A stretch of DNA of 49,950 nt. Source: a virus. Within the stretch, counting starts at the first letter, position 1. Every line of letters starts with the position of its first letter. The stretch lies in the UHGV virus genome UHGV-0359583; one strand, written 5' to 3'. This document shows, piece after piece, positions 27,301-36,872 of this stretch. Made by a program: the position numbers and the translations under genes. The notes beneath the pieces were generated by a model. That model was not told where the DNA came from. It searched no databases and saw only the letters and a list, made by a program, of their open reading frames with translations.

Positions 27301-29482
27301 AAGATTCCCATAATTCACTAATTTTTTTAGAGATATCGGGCCATTTTTCTTGCAGTTTCTTTCCAAATTTACTTCCAAAAATTGATCCTGCAGCTGTTCC
27401 TAAAACGCCACCAATTAGAGTACCTAACGGACCAAATGTTGTCCCTGCTGCTGCACCCAATTTTGCGCCAGCTAATGTTGCTGCTTTAGCGCCTAATGCG
27501 CCACCTACAATAGAACCTAGCGAATCACCAATTTTTTCAAATTTATTATTTTTATTAATTTGAGTTAAAGTCAAACCTGCAGAAATATAAGACAATAAAG
27601 GAACCGATTTGGCAAACCTTCTCACTCCGCCAAAAAGTTTAGTACCTTTTCCTATTTTGCCAACAGATCCAACAGGTAAGGATTCCTGTATACTTGGACT
27701 AGCAGTAGTATGCGTTGGTGCGCTAGCTTTTTGAGCTGCAGAATCAACATCTTCTAAAGCTTTTCTTGTTTTAAAAGCTTCTCTCTGAGCAGTGTTCCCA
27801 AGCTTTTCTAGTTTACCAATAATACCTAAAATTCCCTTTGAGACGCCCAACAGCGGTTTTCCTATTAGCTTAAACCCTAGCAAACCGCCAATTCCATAAG
27901 CGGCCCATTTACCAACTTGTTTCATAGCCACAGGATTTTCATCAGTAAACTCTTTTAGTACACGAATGCCTGGTTTTATAATATATTTAAACCCTTTATC
28001 CATTAGATTAAACATATCTTTTGCGCCTTCTGCAATACCAGGTCCTATAGCTTTACCTACCTTTTTAGCTGTAGGAATTACTTCATCAATAAAATAATCT
28101 TTTGCTTGACCAAAATACCTTATTACTTGTTTTGCTGTAGGTTCAATTTTTGCGCCGACATTTTCTAACATATCTGGTATTTCTTCACCTTTTTTTACAA
28201 AATCTGTTGCTTTGATAATTAATGGTGTAAATATTGGTAATAAACCTTGCCCTAACTTTGCAGACGTTTCCTTTATTGACTCTGTAAAAACACGGGTGGC
28301 ATTTGCAGCTTGATCACTTGTTCTTGCAAAATCGCCTTGGGAGTTCTTAGTTTTAGACATTACGTAGTTATAACGTAAGCGTACTAATTCTTCCTGACTT
28401 AGAGAATCTAATTTTGCTTGTTGAACCTCTTCACCTTTAGATTCTGCTTCTGTTAATTTTAACTGCGCATCTCTAGCTTCAATTGAATTTTCACCATGTT
28501 TTTTAATGGCTTTATTTAAACGATCTTGAGCTTTTTCTCTTGCCATGGCATTCTTTGCAGCCTTAGAATTATCTATTGATGATTGTAACGCTCCACTAGC
28601 CATTGCGAACTGCTCCAAATTGGTTTGAGTCATAACAATACCCAAACCTTTTAACGCCTCAGTTTCACCAGTGAACACACCATTTAATGCAGTATTTACA
28701 CGGTCAATTCCTATATTTTTAAATGAAGCAAGATCTCCTGCCAAGTCAACTAATGAAGTAGACATTTTTGCAGCTTCTTCTGTACCAATACCCATTGAAG
28801 TTGACATATCTCCATATGTAGCTGCTAAGTCTAACGCTGTACCTTGTGCCAAACCAATATTAGTCAGTGTGGACTTCGACCAATCTTCCACAACTTTATT
28901 ATTATCACCAAAAGCTACTTCTACTTTGTTTAAAGCTTCATTAGTATCAGATGCATAGTCAAAGGCCTTTTTGCCTGCTCCTGCGATTGCTGCACCAGCT
29001 ATCATTGCACCATTTCTTATCTTTGTAAAAGCATTCCAAGCAACATCTGAAGCCTTTGTTGCAACAGTACCTATATGGCCAATACTTGTTTGTACACCCT
29101 TCGCGGCTTTTCCAACTACTTTTAGAGATGTTGCACTAGATTGAGCGAAAACACTTGCAGAATTTTTACTTTTATCAAACTGACTTCCAACATCTTTTAC
29201 TTGTTTTTCAGTTTGTTTAGCAGAGCTTGTCGTCTTTTGCATAGAATCTTTTGCTCGATTTCCGAACTGGACAACTTTATCTGTATTTTGTTTTAAACCT
29301 TCACTATTTCTTTTTAAAGAGGTTGTGGCGCCATCTATGGATTTTGCTGAATTTTGATAAGTACCTTCCATTCGTGCAGCTTTAGCAAGAATTTTATCAG
29401 TTTCTTCATTGGCACGCTCTAACGATCTATTATTTATTTTCCAATCGAGTTCGATTACTGAACTACGTAACGCATCTGCCAT
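24317..29482 (-). CDS. Tail tape-measure protein with C-terminal lytic transglycosylase (SLT) and peptidase M23 domains
   Basis: 1721 aa. SLT region 'QIQRESSGNQSII...ARGLLQYIPQTF'. M23 region 'FHTGIDYAAPTGT...GSSGWSTGPHVHYEL'. Confidence 0.8.
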   Translation of the reverse strand: MADALRSSVIELDWKINNRSLERANEETDKILAKAARMEGTYQNSAKSIDGATTSLKRNSEGLKQNTDKVVQFGNRAKDSMQKTTSSAKQTEKQVKDVGSQFDKSKNSASVFAQSSATSLKVVGKAAKGVQTSIGHIGTVATKASDVAWNAFTKIRNGAMIAGAAIAGAGKKAFDYASDTNEALNKVEVAFGDNNKVVEDWSKSTLTNIGLAQGTALDLAATYGDMSTSMGIGTEEAAKMSTSLVDLAGDLASFKNIGIDRVNTALNGVFTGETEALKGLGIVMTQTNLEQFAMASGALQSSIDNSKAAKNAMAREKAQDRLNKAIKKHGENSIEARDAQLKLTEAESKGEEVQQAKLDSLSQEELVRLRYNYVMSKTKNSQGDFARTSDQAANATRVFTESIKETSAKLGQGLLPIFTPLIIKATDFVKKGEEIPDMLENVGAKIEPTAKQVIRYFGQAKDYFIDEVIPTAKKVGKAIGPGIAEGAKDMFNLMDKGFKYIIKPGIRVLKEFTDENPVAMKQVGKWAAYGIGGLLGFKLIGKPLLGVSKGILGIIGKLEKLGNTAQREAFKTRKALEDVDSAAQKASAPTHTTASPSIQESLPVGSVGKIGKGTKLFGGVRRFAKSVPLLSYISAGLTLTQINKNNKFEKIGDSLGSIVGGALGAKAATLAGAKLGAAAGTTFGPLGTLIGGVLGTAAGSIFGSKFGKKLQEKWPDISKKISELWESSKDNFLLGPLVQGIDKAVKKSKSGIKEIKASAKDLFEKPFDNTTKSGNGVSKATAKRMNSFMKNYELLVNQDTTGKIEGRVLTNEEVTKRYKALEDMQNQVTKQLDKKKDKSNSNLDKLASMGILNEKDAQGAKAAADELAKVRTNMFSEKVQDFKKLEKQEYDESITATEYYTNRINEIKEKARLENRELSENDKKEIESLEKTSAAAVRAVEEKHAAANKSIHEDMKNQAVVALSDSAKEQKIIMGNLKNASGEISAQQAADAVAASYKAKEGTIKSANEKYEETKRILDEERYVNGTITQQQYDDALKKAQEQRDGVVKEAEKQHEDVVTQAKKQAEGHLEQVDWETGQTLSKWEVFKKDSKKKFKEIWDGTVEGAKSFGKAFGEAMDKVVSGALETWDNFKTGLADKVNAVTGGINVVLDFFSIPKIPEWKPNTPNSTKNKHGRSFSTGSRGASYSGQALVGEEGVELAYNKSTSSMRLLGSNGPEVTNVTSGERILNHSDTKAVLNGGMGQGTVLPGFHKGKGNGLSDFVDSAKDFGANTVDKLKDFGSNAVDKAKEVGTKAIEKTKDIAETAKDWLSDPIGKVTGLFNKHNTYKKGKNIQGLGHGVMNKLKDTSAEWVKNKLEAFKGFFDSEDGVSFGSGAFAPHFGSPFVRTSDYGKRPGLYGDFHTGIDYAAPTGTPIPAQYPGLVDWVQSSSIGLGEHVGIKVADNLWAMYGHMSRIRAKMGDKVKAGQIVGDVGSSGWSTGPHVHYELRKGGPNGQHVNPDTYGGAAGGVAVGAAGWGPQVRKAAKQMNQQVSDAEVNGILAQIQRESSGNQSIIQSSAVWDVNTASGNPARGLLQYIPQTFDAYKVRGYENIMNGFHQLMAFFNNSNWRTDLPYGHSGWGPTGHRLRAYAKGGRPSKGETVLVGENGPELFEADTAGTVHPHEKTKALFNQGSPSVNFSPNITINVGNNSDKSVVGDIKEAVRQALEDEYAKLLNILGTGEVV

Positions 29483-29484
29483 TA

Positions 29485-29685
29485 TTAGATGACACCTCCT
29501 CTTGATTTAGTTAGATTTATTTTTTGATATGCTACTTCGTTCCAAACTGCTAGCTCCTCTGCCGTGGCAATTTCGACTTCATCTTTAGTGGCAATGCCTG
29601 CAATTACAGGCAGCCACCTAAACATATCTTTTTGAACTTCTCTTTCCGTAATTCTCGGATTAGGGCTAGTTAAGCATTCGACCAA
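29485..29685 (-). CDS. Tail assembly chaperone, downstream frame (candidate frameshift extension)
   Basis: Overlaps the upstream chaperone ORF by 20 nt in the +1 frame; lies immediately before the tape-measure gene. Confidence 0.45.
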   Translation of the reverse strand: MVECLTSPNPRITEREVQKDMFRWLPVIAGIATKDEVEIATAEELAVWNEVAYQKINLTKSRGGVI

Positions 29686-29998
29686 GAAAGTTGTCGGCTA
29701 ATGCCATTACCTCACGATATCCTTCATGTTCATCCCAATAATCCCAATCTAATTTAGGACCCACAATAACTGATTCCATCAATTGTGAGTGATAGGCAAC
29801 ATCTGAAAAAGTATTTGATGGTCCTTTTGAGTTATCTAAAATTGCTTGGGCTGCGCGTGTTCCTGGAAACTGAAATGTATATTCCACATCTTCAACAATA
29901 TGTTTTTCTTGTTTTCCAAACTTACTAAATGGTTTTTTTTCTGCTTCTGGAATGTTATTTTTCGCTTCTAACTCTTTTACTTCATCTTTTTTCGTCAT
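29666..29998 (-). CDS. Tail assembly chaperone
   Basis: Position between the tube and tape-measure genes; overlapping downstream ORF. Confidence 0.5.
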   Translation of the reverse strand: MTKKDEVKELEAKNNIPEAEKKPFSKFGKQEKHIVEDVEYTFQFPGTRAAQAILDNSKGPSNTFSDVAYHSQLMESVIVGPKLDWDYWDEHEGYREVMALADNFLGRMLN

Positions 29999-30050
29999 GA
30001 TAAATTCCTCCTAAAGTTAAATAAAAAGCACTTAACGAGATGTTAAGTGC

Positions 30051-30449
30051 TTAGTTATATTCGTGTTTGTAATCTAATGCTTTAATCGTATAAGAACGAG
30101 TTGGAACGCCTTTACCAAACGATCCATCAGGCGTTTTTTCAATATAGGCTTTTGATGCCCATGCTTTTTCAGTTGAATGTGTCACAGAAATTGCAAATTC
30201 TTTACGACCATTAGCTAAAGCCATCAGCTGTTTGTTACATGGTGAGTTTTGAGACAAGTTAATTGTAAAAGTCCCTAAATTATCGTTGTTCTTCGCAGCA
30301 CTAGATTGTCCTTGAGCATCTGTTTGTACTTCAATATACGAATTATCTTTTGAAAAAGATACCATGTCACCATCTTGAAAGCCAAATTGGACGACATTGT
30401 CAATAATAGTAGATACCTCTTTGGCATCATAAGTTGTCATACTTTGCAT
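30051..30449 (-). CDS. Tail tube protein (XkdM-like)
   Basis: 132 aa; follows the sheath-sized gene and precedes the chaperones. Confidence 0.5.
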   Translation of the reverse strand: MQSMTTYDAKEVSTIIDNVVQFGFQDGDMVSFSKDNSYIEVQTDAQGQSSAAKNNDNLGTFTINLSQNSPCNKQLMALANGRKEFAISVTHSTEKAWASKAYIEKTPDGSFGKGVPTRSYTIKALDYKHEYN

Positions 30450-30464
30450 TAGTTAGTTCCCCCT

Positions 30465-31502
30465 TTAGACTTCAATTGTTCCAGTAACATCAACAGTGTG
30501 AATTGCTCCAGAACGTTTGTATTTAAATGATAATCCTTTATAGTTTCGTGCTGCAATGTCATCTGGATTTAAATCTTGACGTCCCAAAGCAGTCACACTA
30601 TAATTTCCAACACCAGTTTCATCTACAATATCTACAATTCCGTTATTAAATGCAGTTTCCAAAACATTTGCAACGGTTGTATCTAATAAAGCAATTCCAT
30701 TAGAATCAAAAGTTAATTTATCTGTCGTTGATAACAAGCGCTGAACATTTGTTTCAATGTTTGATTTAACCCAGTGATCCCCATGCAGGGCATCAATAAA
30801 TTCGCCACTCATTGTTTTTCCTTCTGATGTTTGGGGGATTCCCGCTTTTGATACATAAGCAATAGCATTAGCTTTCTCAATCGCTTGTAGTTGAGAGGTA
30901 GTTAATGTGTTAGGTGTAATCCCTACTAAATTATGTCGGAATTTCCAAGTAACACTTCCGACTGTTAAGCTTGCAGTATTACCAATTAATGCAGCATCTA
31001 AAAATTCTTCTAACGGATGAACTAAGCCGATAGTTAGATTGTTCCCTGTAAAAACTGTTAATTCGTCAACTGTAGCTGTCTGAATTACTAAAAACTTAAA
31101 TTCGTTTTCTTCAATTAAATTTGATAGTGCCAAAGCATCTGCCTCGACAAAGTTGGCTAATAATGCAAAATGCCAATCATTATAAAAGTAACTTGAAGCT
31201 GCGGCGATAATTCCACTTCCAGCAATTAAGCTATCTGGTTGCTCTGGTTCAGAAGGTTTGTCTGCTACAAAAGTCACTACTGCAATAGTTTGTGGTTTAT
31301 TTTCCTGTTTCCAAATAGTTTCTGCTTTTTTATAAACAGTAGTTGTTGTAGCAAAATCTTTTGCTAATGTTTCTAAACTTGTATATTCTTTATAGTTTTG
31401 AGTAGATCCTTGAACAAAAATTGCTGGATTTCCTAATCCAACAATGGGTTGTGGATGCATAATGTCAATTTTTACATTAACATCTGTAATTTTTTCAATC
31501 AT
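30465..31502 (-). CDS. Tail sheath protein (compact, XkdK-position)
   Basis: 345 aa; immediately upstream of the tube gene in a PBSX-like contractile tail cluster. Confidence 0.5.
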   Translation of the reverse strand: MIEKITDVNVKIDIMHPQPIVGLGNPAIFVQGSTQNYKEYTSLETLAKDFATTTTVYKKAETIWKQENKPQTIAVVTFVADKPSEPEQPDSLIAGSGIIAAASSYFYNDWHFALLANFVEADALALSNLIEENEFKFLVIQTATVDELTVFTGNNLTIGLVHPLEEFLDAALIGNTASLTVGSVTWKFRHNLVGITPNTLTTSQLQAIEKANAIAYVSKAGIPQTSEGKTMSGEFIDALHGDHWVKSNIETNVQRLLSTTDKLTFDSNGIALLDTTVANVLETAFNNGIVDIVDETGVGNYSVTALGRQDLNPDDIAARNYKGLSFKYKRSGAIHTVDVTGTIEV

Positions 31503-31975
31503 TTGTTCTCCTCCTGTAATTCGATATTTTCGATAATTACCGCATTGTCAACATAACTGTCTTGAACTCTAAAACGAGCATCAAAACCAGCTAGACGTTC
31601 GTAATCAATGCTAATGAAATTATCCCGTTTTTTAGATTGGGTTGTTTTAACTAATGTTATTCTTGAATTTTGTAATCCCACTTTTACAGAAAAGCTATTT
31701 AAATATTTCCTCAATTGCTCTGATAAATTAAGCGCCTGAATACTAGAATCAGTGTGACATTTAATAGACACTACTAATTCAAATACTTCATTATCAGTCA
31801 CGTCTATCGTTACTGGAATGTACGGCGAGATGACTTCATAGGAAAAAAATGGTTTGTCTGGTTGAGGTCCAGCTGTGCTACTTTCAATAAGTTGAAGTCC
31901 AGTTGATTTCTTAACAATTGCTATTAGCTCATCAGCTAAAAGCTCATAACTAAAAGCCCCATTAATTTGCGGCAT
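31499..31975 (-). CDS. Tail completion / head-tail joining protein
   Basis: Gene order. Confidence 0.35.
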   Translation of the reverse strand: MPQINGAFSYELLADELIAIVKKSTGLQLIESSTAGPQPDKPFFSYEVISPYIPVTIDVTDNEVFELVVSIKCHTDSSIQALNLSEQLRKYLNSFSVKVGLQNSRITLVKTTQSKKRDNFISIDYERLAGFDARFRVQDSYVDNAVIIENIELQEENK

Positions 31976-32321
31976 TATTGGTCACCGCCTTTAATCTGTA
32001 AAGGTTCACATCTGCATAGTGTTCCGCATATGGCTCTTCGCTTTCTACTTTGTACTCTTTTCCCATGTCAATAATTTTAGAACCTAAAGGAATCGATCCA
32101 ACGTAAGCAAGTTGCCTGTCGCTAGATGTGAGTGTTCCACCACTTTGATAAATCGTCCGATTGTCGTATGGGATAATCGCCCCAGAAACGGTTTTGGGTT
32201 CTTCGTTAGTAGGAAACCATTCGCCGTGAATGTATTTACCAGCACCTTCAACTGAAGGTAACACTAACTGAAAGTCAACCGCAAAAGTTTCTATAAGACT
32301 AGAAAAGTTCATTCTTTGCAT
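31962..32321 (-). CDS. Head-tail joining protein
   Basis: Gene order. Confidence 0.35.
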   Translation of the reverse strand: MQRMNFSSLIETFAVDFQLVLPSVEGAGKYIHGEWFPTNEEPKTVSGAIIPYDNRTIYQSGGTLTSSDRQLAYVGSIPLGSKIIDMGKEYKVESEEPYAEHYADVNLYRLKAVTNNAAN

Positions 32322-32926
32322 TAACCTTTCACCACCTTATAAGTCACTGACTGTCTTAATTTTCCTGTATCAATTAATGGATTACTCGACTTCTTATTAT
32401 TGACTGTTATTGGAGAATTTGGCGGATCAGATAAATTTCTGATAGTTCGTTGAATATCCCTTTGCATACGAGCACCAACTTTATTTGTCAATTCTTCTGC
32501 TGTCATTTTTCCAGCAATAAGTTTTTTCACAAGGTTTAAGGCGTAATCCGACCAAGTCTTTGCTTGCTCGTCAAATGTAGATCTAATAAAGGAACGTTCT
32601 GGAATAGTTATTTGCTCCGCTAACATGTATGCGAATTCTAACTGATCTTTACCTTTATTTCTTACTAAAAACTTGTGATTTTCTTTAGTTTGCATAAAAA
32701 ACAAATCAAATTGACGTGGACTTTTACCTCTATACTTTTTCATAAGTGGTATAACAAGAAAACGACCTTTGGGACGAATAGTCACCCCAAATTCATGAAC
32801 TTGGGCCAACATCGCCATAAAAGAATCATTTTCCCCAAATATTCCTATCTGCAAAGAATATTTATTAAGCTGATTTAGTTCATCAATCAGCTTAATAATC
32901 CTGTTATTCTCAGTAATTTTCATCAA
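32321..32926 (-). CDS. Head-tail connector / HK97 gp10-like protein
   Basis: Gene order. Confidence 0.35.
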   Translation of the reverse strand: MMKITENNRIIKLIDELNQLNKYSLQIGIFGENDSFMAMLAQVHEFGVTIRPKGRFLVIPLMKKYRGKSPRQFDLFFMQTKENHKFLVRNKGKDQLEFAYMLAEQITIPERSFIRSTFDEQAKTWSDYALNLVKKLIAGKMTAEELTNKVGARMQRDIQRTIRNLSDPPNSPITVNNKKSSNPLIDTGKLRQSVTYKVVKG

Positions 32927-33264
32927 ATCACAACCAAACTCAATGAACCTTTTTTTGCGTATTGGTTGTAAAGACGTAAATATTCTTGGCCATAAACAGT
33001 ACGCTTCAAATCAGTAAAAGTTGAATGGAATCCTGAGTACTCTTTTTTCAACGATCCTACCTGCTCTGATTTAGTATTTTGGTTGTTCAAAACGGCTAGA
33101 TGGCAAGCGAGATAGCGACACGCTTTCTCCTTAACCTCTTCTTTAAATGGCAATGCATCTACTTCTAGCCAAGCATCATCAATAAACAACTTAATAGAAT
33201 CATTGTTAACCCCTACTAGTTCTGCAGCTGTTAACCTAACATTTTCAACTGTGCTTTTTGGCAT
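32923..33264 (-). CDS. Head-tail adaptor protein
   Basis: Gene order. Confidence 0.35.
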   Translation of the reverse strand: MPKSTVENVRLTAAELVGVNNDSIKLFIDDAWLEVDALPFKEEVKEKACRYLACHLAVLNNQNTKSEQVGSLKKEYSGFHSTFTDLKRTVYGQEYLRLYNQYAKKGSLSLVVI

Positions 33265-33275
33265 AGTACCACTTC

Positions 33276-33710
33276 CTATTCTGGATTAACTACGCTGTCT
33301 TCATCAGGGTTTTTAATATCATCAATTTGATTTTCGATTGCTTTGACTACAGTTGTGCGATTTTTGTTTGCTTGCTCTTCTTCCAACCATTTTTCCAACA
33401 ATTCTAAATCGAACGTATCAGCAATGGATTCTACTGCTTTATTGGCACTCAATTCAGTAAAACCAACTGCTTTTTTTGATTTTCCTTTTGTTATATGGTC
33501 CAAAATCTCAATTTCTCCTAATCTTTCCAACGATTTATTTAATGGTAATTCCATACCTTTAATAAATGCTTCAGCATCTGAATTATCTAAATCATTTACT
33601 CCTGGAATTAATCGAATATTTCCAATATGTCTAATATATGAACCTTTATTGTGTACTAACATAATCTTTACCTCCTTATTTTTAAATACCATCCACACGA
33701 ACAATTGCAT
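33276..33710 (-). CDS. Hypothetical head-module protein
   Basis: Gene order. Confidence 0.35.
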   Translation of the reverse strand: MQLFVWMVFKNKEVKIMLVHNKGSYIRHIGNIRLIPGVNDLDNSDAEAFIKGMELPLNKSLERLGEIEILDHITKGKSKKAVGFTELSANKAVESIADTFDLELLEKWLEEEQANKNRTTVVKAIENQIDDIKNPDEDSVVNPE

Positions 33711-34563
33711 ATGGCGTTCTAATTAACGCACCACCACAACGTTCTACAAATGGTACTTTCCAATTTGGAAAAGACCATTCAACTTCTAAACGGACGATGT
33801 CTTCTGGAAGTAAAATTTCACAAGTTGATGGTTTTGTATCCATGATAATAAATGAATCAGAATTATCAGTACCTACACCTTTTAAATCATAAACTTGCTC
33901 AATAGATGAAAACCAGCCATTCTCCTGAACAACTTTCATAATTGATCGTGCATCATATTCACCATAACGACGATTCAATTCTTCATATTGTTCTGGAGCA
34001 ACCATTAATTTTAGACTAGATCCTTTAAATCCTGGAATAATAGTAATTTTAGCTCGAGATGTACGTAATTGTTCAACAATCTCTTCACTAGTCATTTCTT
34101 TCCACTTCTTAGGTGAATTAATAACTTGAATACCTTCAGCATTCGCAACACCTTTATGGTTTACTTTAGGATCTCCCACAAAAATAAAGCTATTTTCTTT
34201 TTCAGCAATAGTACGCCGTGCCACTTCTGCTTTTGTTGCATCAATTGAAGTTCCCATCATTTGAGCTTGACGAATTTCTTGTCGACTATAACGAATACCA
34301 GCAGCAATTGTAAAAATTGGTGATTGATAACGTTTCATATCAATGTCAACTAAAGGCAGATCATCTGCGCCATTCGCGATAATTTTTGCAGCGCCACTTC
34401 TAGTCATAACATTATATGCGTATGTTTCCGCTCCTGGATTGATATCTGTTTTAACATTAAACATGGTTCGCGCCACAAGTTCCTCCTGTGGTGCTTGATA
34501 AATGACCTTATCAATTGCTTGTAGGTCACGTGCTTCTAAAGTTGCTGTTACATCATTTCCCAT
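33682..34563 (-). CDS. Major capsid protein (putative)
   Basis: 293 aa; lies downstream of the scaffold-like gene. Confidence 0.5.
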   Translation of the reverse strand: MGNDVTATLEARDLQAIDKVIYQAPQEELVARTMFNVKTDINPGAETYAYNVMTRSGAAKIIANGADDLPLVDIDMKRYQSPIFTIAAGIRYSRQEIRQAQMMGTSIDATKAEVARRTIAEKENSFIFVGDPKVNHKGVANAEGIQVINSPKKWKEMTSEEIVEQLRTSRAKITIIPGFKGSSLKLMVAPEQYEELNRRYGEYDARSIMKVVQENGWFSSIEQVYDLKGVGTDNSDSFIIMDTKPSTCEILLPEDIVRLEVEWSFPNWKVPFVERCGGALIRTPYAIVRVDGI

Positions 34564-34583
34564 TTAGTTGTCCTCCTAGTTTT

Positions 34584-35054
34584 TTAAGGTAAGTTAATTT
34601 GTAAAACTGCTAAACTACCAGCTGATGCCGATGTTTTGAATGTACCAATCACGGTATCTGATGGTGTCGTAGCTGGATCAGAACTAATAGTTGCTTTTCC
34701 AAAATTTCCAGTTGATAAAGCTTTTGCATTTTCTCCTGCTAAAACATCTTCATCAACTTTCACCCAAATAGCCCCTTTACGTAAAATTGGTACCATTTCG
34801 TGTTCTTTATATTTACCAACTTTTTCTGCATCTCCATAAGGGATTTCTTCTACATAATTTTTAGCATATGAAATACCATAAAATTGCCCATCTTTATATG
34901 TGGTAGCAACGTCTTCTGTTACTTGCACGCCGACACCGAAACCTAAACCACCAACACCAACGACAAGACTATCTGCTTGTACACCTTGATAATTAGCTAA
35001 TTTTCCAATACCAAGTTCAGGCTTCATATACTTTTCTGGATAAGGAATAGTCAT
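34584..35054 (-). CDS. Head structural / decoration protein (putative)
   Basis: Gly-rich 'VVGVGGLGFGVGVQV'; lies between scaffold and capsid. Confidence 0.35.
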   Translation of the reverse strand: MTIPYPEKYMKPELGIGKLANYQGVQADSLVVGVGGLGFGVGVQVTEDVATTYKDGQFYGISYAKNYVEEIPYGDAEKVGKYKEHEMVPILRKGAIWVKVDEDVLAGENAKALSTGNFGKATISSDPATTPSDTVIGTFKTSASAGSLAVLQINLP

Positions 35055-35056
35055 AG

Positions 35057-36157
35057 TTATTTATCCTCCTTTTTGTTCATGTTCAAACGGTTATTTTTTT
35101 GTTTTTCAATTTCTTCCGCTGCTTCTTTATCTTTATCTTTTGCATCGTTGAAAACAGCACTAGCAGTAAATCCTTTTTCAGTGGCCATCGCGGTCATAGA
35201 ATCAAAATAGGCATTGATGTAATCATCTGACTTACCATCACCTTTAAAATTGCTGTTGGTTTTAGTAATTACAGCTTCTTTGATTTGACGATCTGTTTTT
35301 CCGACTAAATCAACAGAATCACCTAAGAATTTTTTAGCAGCACTGACTAACTCAACACGCGCTTGTACTCGTTTGTCTAATGCATCACCAGTCAAAGAGT
35401 TTTCTTTCGCTGTTTGCAATTCTTTAGTTAAATTGTCAACTTGAGATTGAAGTGCATCACGTTCTCCCTCAACTTTCTCTACGTTAGAACTACGTTGTTC
35501 AGAAGCATCTAATTTTGCTTGCATAGCATCATAGTTTGCTTTAACTACTGGATCTACTTCATACTCTTTTGAATCAATAATTAACTTTGGCATATTACTT
35601 CCTCCTGTTTGTTTATCTTTAGTATCAATCATGAAAGCGGCTGAATCACCACGAATAGCAACTTCGTGACCAGCTCTCCCTTCATCAACTATTGCAATAT
35701 GATTAATTTGCATGTTTCTCTGAACAGAATCATATTGCATGCCATTATACACGCCAGTTTCTTTTGTTACATCTGCTTGAAAGCCGATGCTCAGTTCACG
35801 TTTTCCATCGTTAATTTTCTTTATTGTCTCTGCATCTGTAATTGTGAACGAAACCAATAGCTTATTATCTAAAACGTGAGCATCATTATGAGTCATGCCT
35901 TTTGAATATTTATTATAATTAGCTGCTGTTACTGGTTCGGTCGGATGATCATCAGTCATTGGCTTAGCATTTGCTGAAAGTACAGTTGTCTTAGAAAATA
36001 ATTCATCAGGCAATTTTGCCTCCATTGATAATCCGCCATCAGTTCTACGGTAAGGGAAAACACCTGGTCGTGTAATTGGACAAGCTGTGATTGTCAAATA
36101 ACCTTCATCAGTTTCTTTAAAATCCTTAATAAAGGCTTTGTCATATCTAATTACCAT
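35057..36157 (-). CDS. Scaffolding / prohead protease-like protein (DUF2213-like N-terminus, coiled-coil C-terminus)
   Basis: The C-terminal half is a coiled coil ('DALQSQVDNLTKELQTAKEN...'). Confidence 0.45.
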   Translation of the reverse strand: MVIRYDKAFIKDFKETDEGYLTITACPITRPGVFPYRRTDGGLSMEAKLPDELFSKTTVLSANAKPMTDDHPTEPVTAANYNKYSKGMTHNDAHVLDNKLLVSFTITDAETIKKINDGKRELSIGFQADVTKETGVYNGMQYDSVQRNMQINHIAIVDEGRAGHEVAIRGDSAAFMIDTKDKQTGGSNMPKLIIDSKEYEVDPVVKANYDAMQAKLDASEQRSSNVEKVEGERDALQSQVDNLTKELQTAKENSLTGDALDKRVQARVELVSAAKKFLGDSVDLVGKTDRQIKEAVITKTNSNFKGDGKSDDYINAYFDSMTAMATEKGFTASAVFNDAKDKDKEAAEEIEKQKNNRLNMNKKEDK

Positions 36158-36169
36158 GTCTTCACCCCA

Positions 36170-36388
36170 TTATTCGACTAATAAGCGAATGCCTTCGGTT
36201 ACTTGATTACTCGATTCTAACTCATTAAGATCCAGTAATTTTCGTAGGCTCATATGATAGCGTGTCGCAATTTCACTAGCAGTTTCTCCTTCAGAAACAG
36301 TATGAGTCGTTTTCTGCGTAGTTTTTGACAACTCTTTTTTGTTTTCTTCTTTACTAGAAGCTTTTTTCTCTTTAGCCATTTTGATCAC
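36170..36388 (-). CDS. Small LysM-like domain protein
   Basis: 'HTVSEGETASEIATRYHMSLRKLLDLNEL' matches the LysM consensus. Confidence 0.45.
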   Translation of the reverse strand: MIKMAKEKKASSKEENKKELSKTTQKTTHTVSEGETASEIATRYHMSLRKLLDLNELESSNQVTEGIRLLVE

Positions 36389-36659
36389 CTCCTTCAGTTA
36401 CATCAAACCTGATATTTCTCCACTTTTTATAAGCATCGAAATATAGTTCATTTTTATCACCGTCGAAGGTAACTTCGTAATACATACCATCAAATAGATT
36501 GGTACTTAATAATGCTTTATTATTTTGCAGGGTTTTCGCTAACCAGACCACGTAAATATCAGACTCGCTTATTTTTTTTTGATCTGTGTAATCCAATTGA
36601 CTGTTAGCAAAATCAACTACATGCTTTTTACATAAATCAATAAATTTTTGACTATCCAT
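36372..36659 (-). CDS. Hypothetical protein
   Basis: ORF track. Confidence 0.4.
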   Translation of the reverse strand: MDSQKFIDLCKKHVVDFANSQLDYTDQKKISESDIYVVWLAKTLQNNKALLSTNLFDGMYYEVTFDGDKNELYFDAYKKWRNIRFDVTEGGDQNG

Positions 36660-36872
36660 TAATGTCCCTCCTGTTTTTTGAGTATAAAAAATAGCCCCAA
36701 CCTATAAGGTCGGTGCTACTCTTCTTTTTCTTTTAAAGATTTCTTCAATTGCTGCATGAAATCTTTATCTTTCTTTTTCGATGTATCTATTTCTTTTTTT
36801 GTCATCTCATCTGGGTAACCTAGACTTTTTGATTTGGGAACGTCTTCCCATCTACGTTTGTTTTTCTCATCT

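Noticed and set aside
24377-29000. Several plus-strand ORFs (for example 25509-25919, 25947-26279, 26409-26612, 28671-28958) nested in the tape-measure gene
   Set aside because: They are antisense to a single long, clearly coding 1721-aa gene. They have no SD signals and low-complexity translations. These are spurious frame artefacts.
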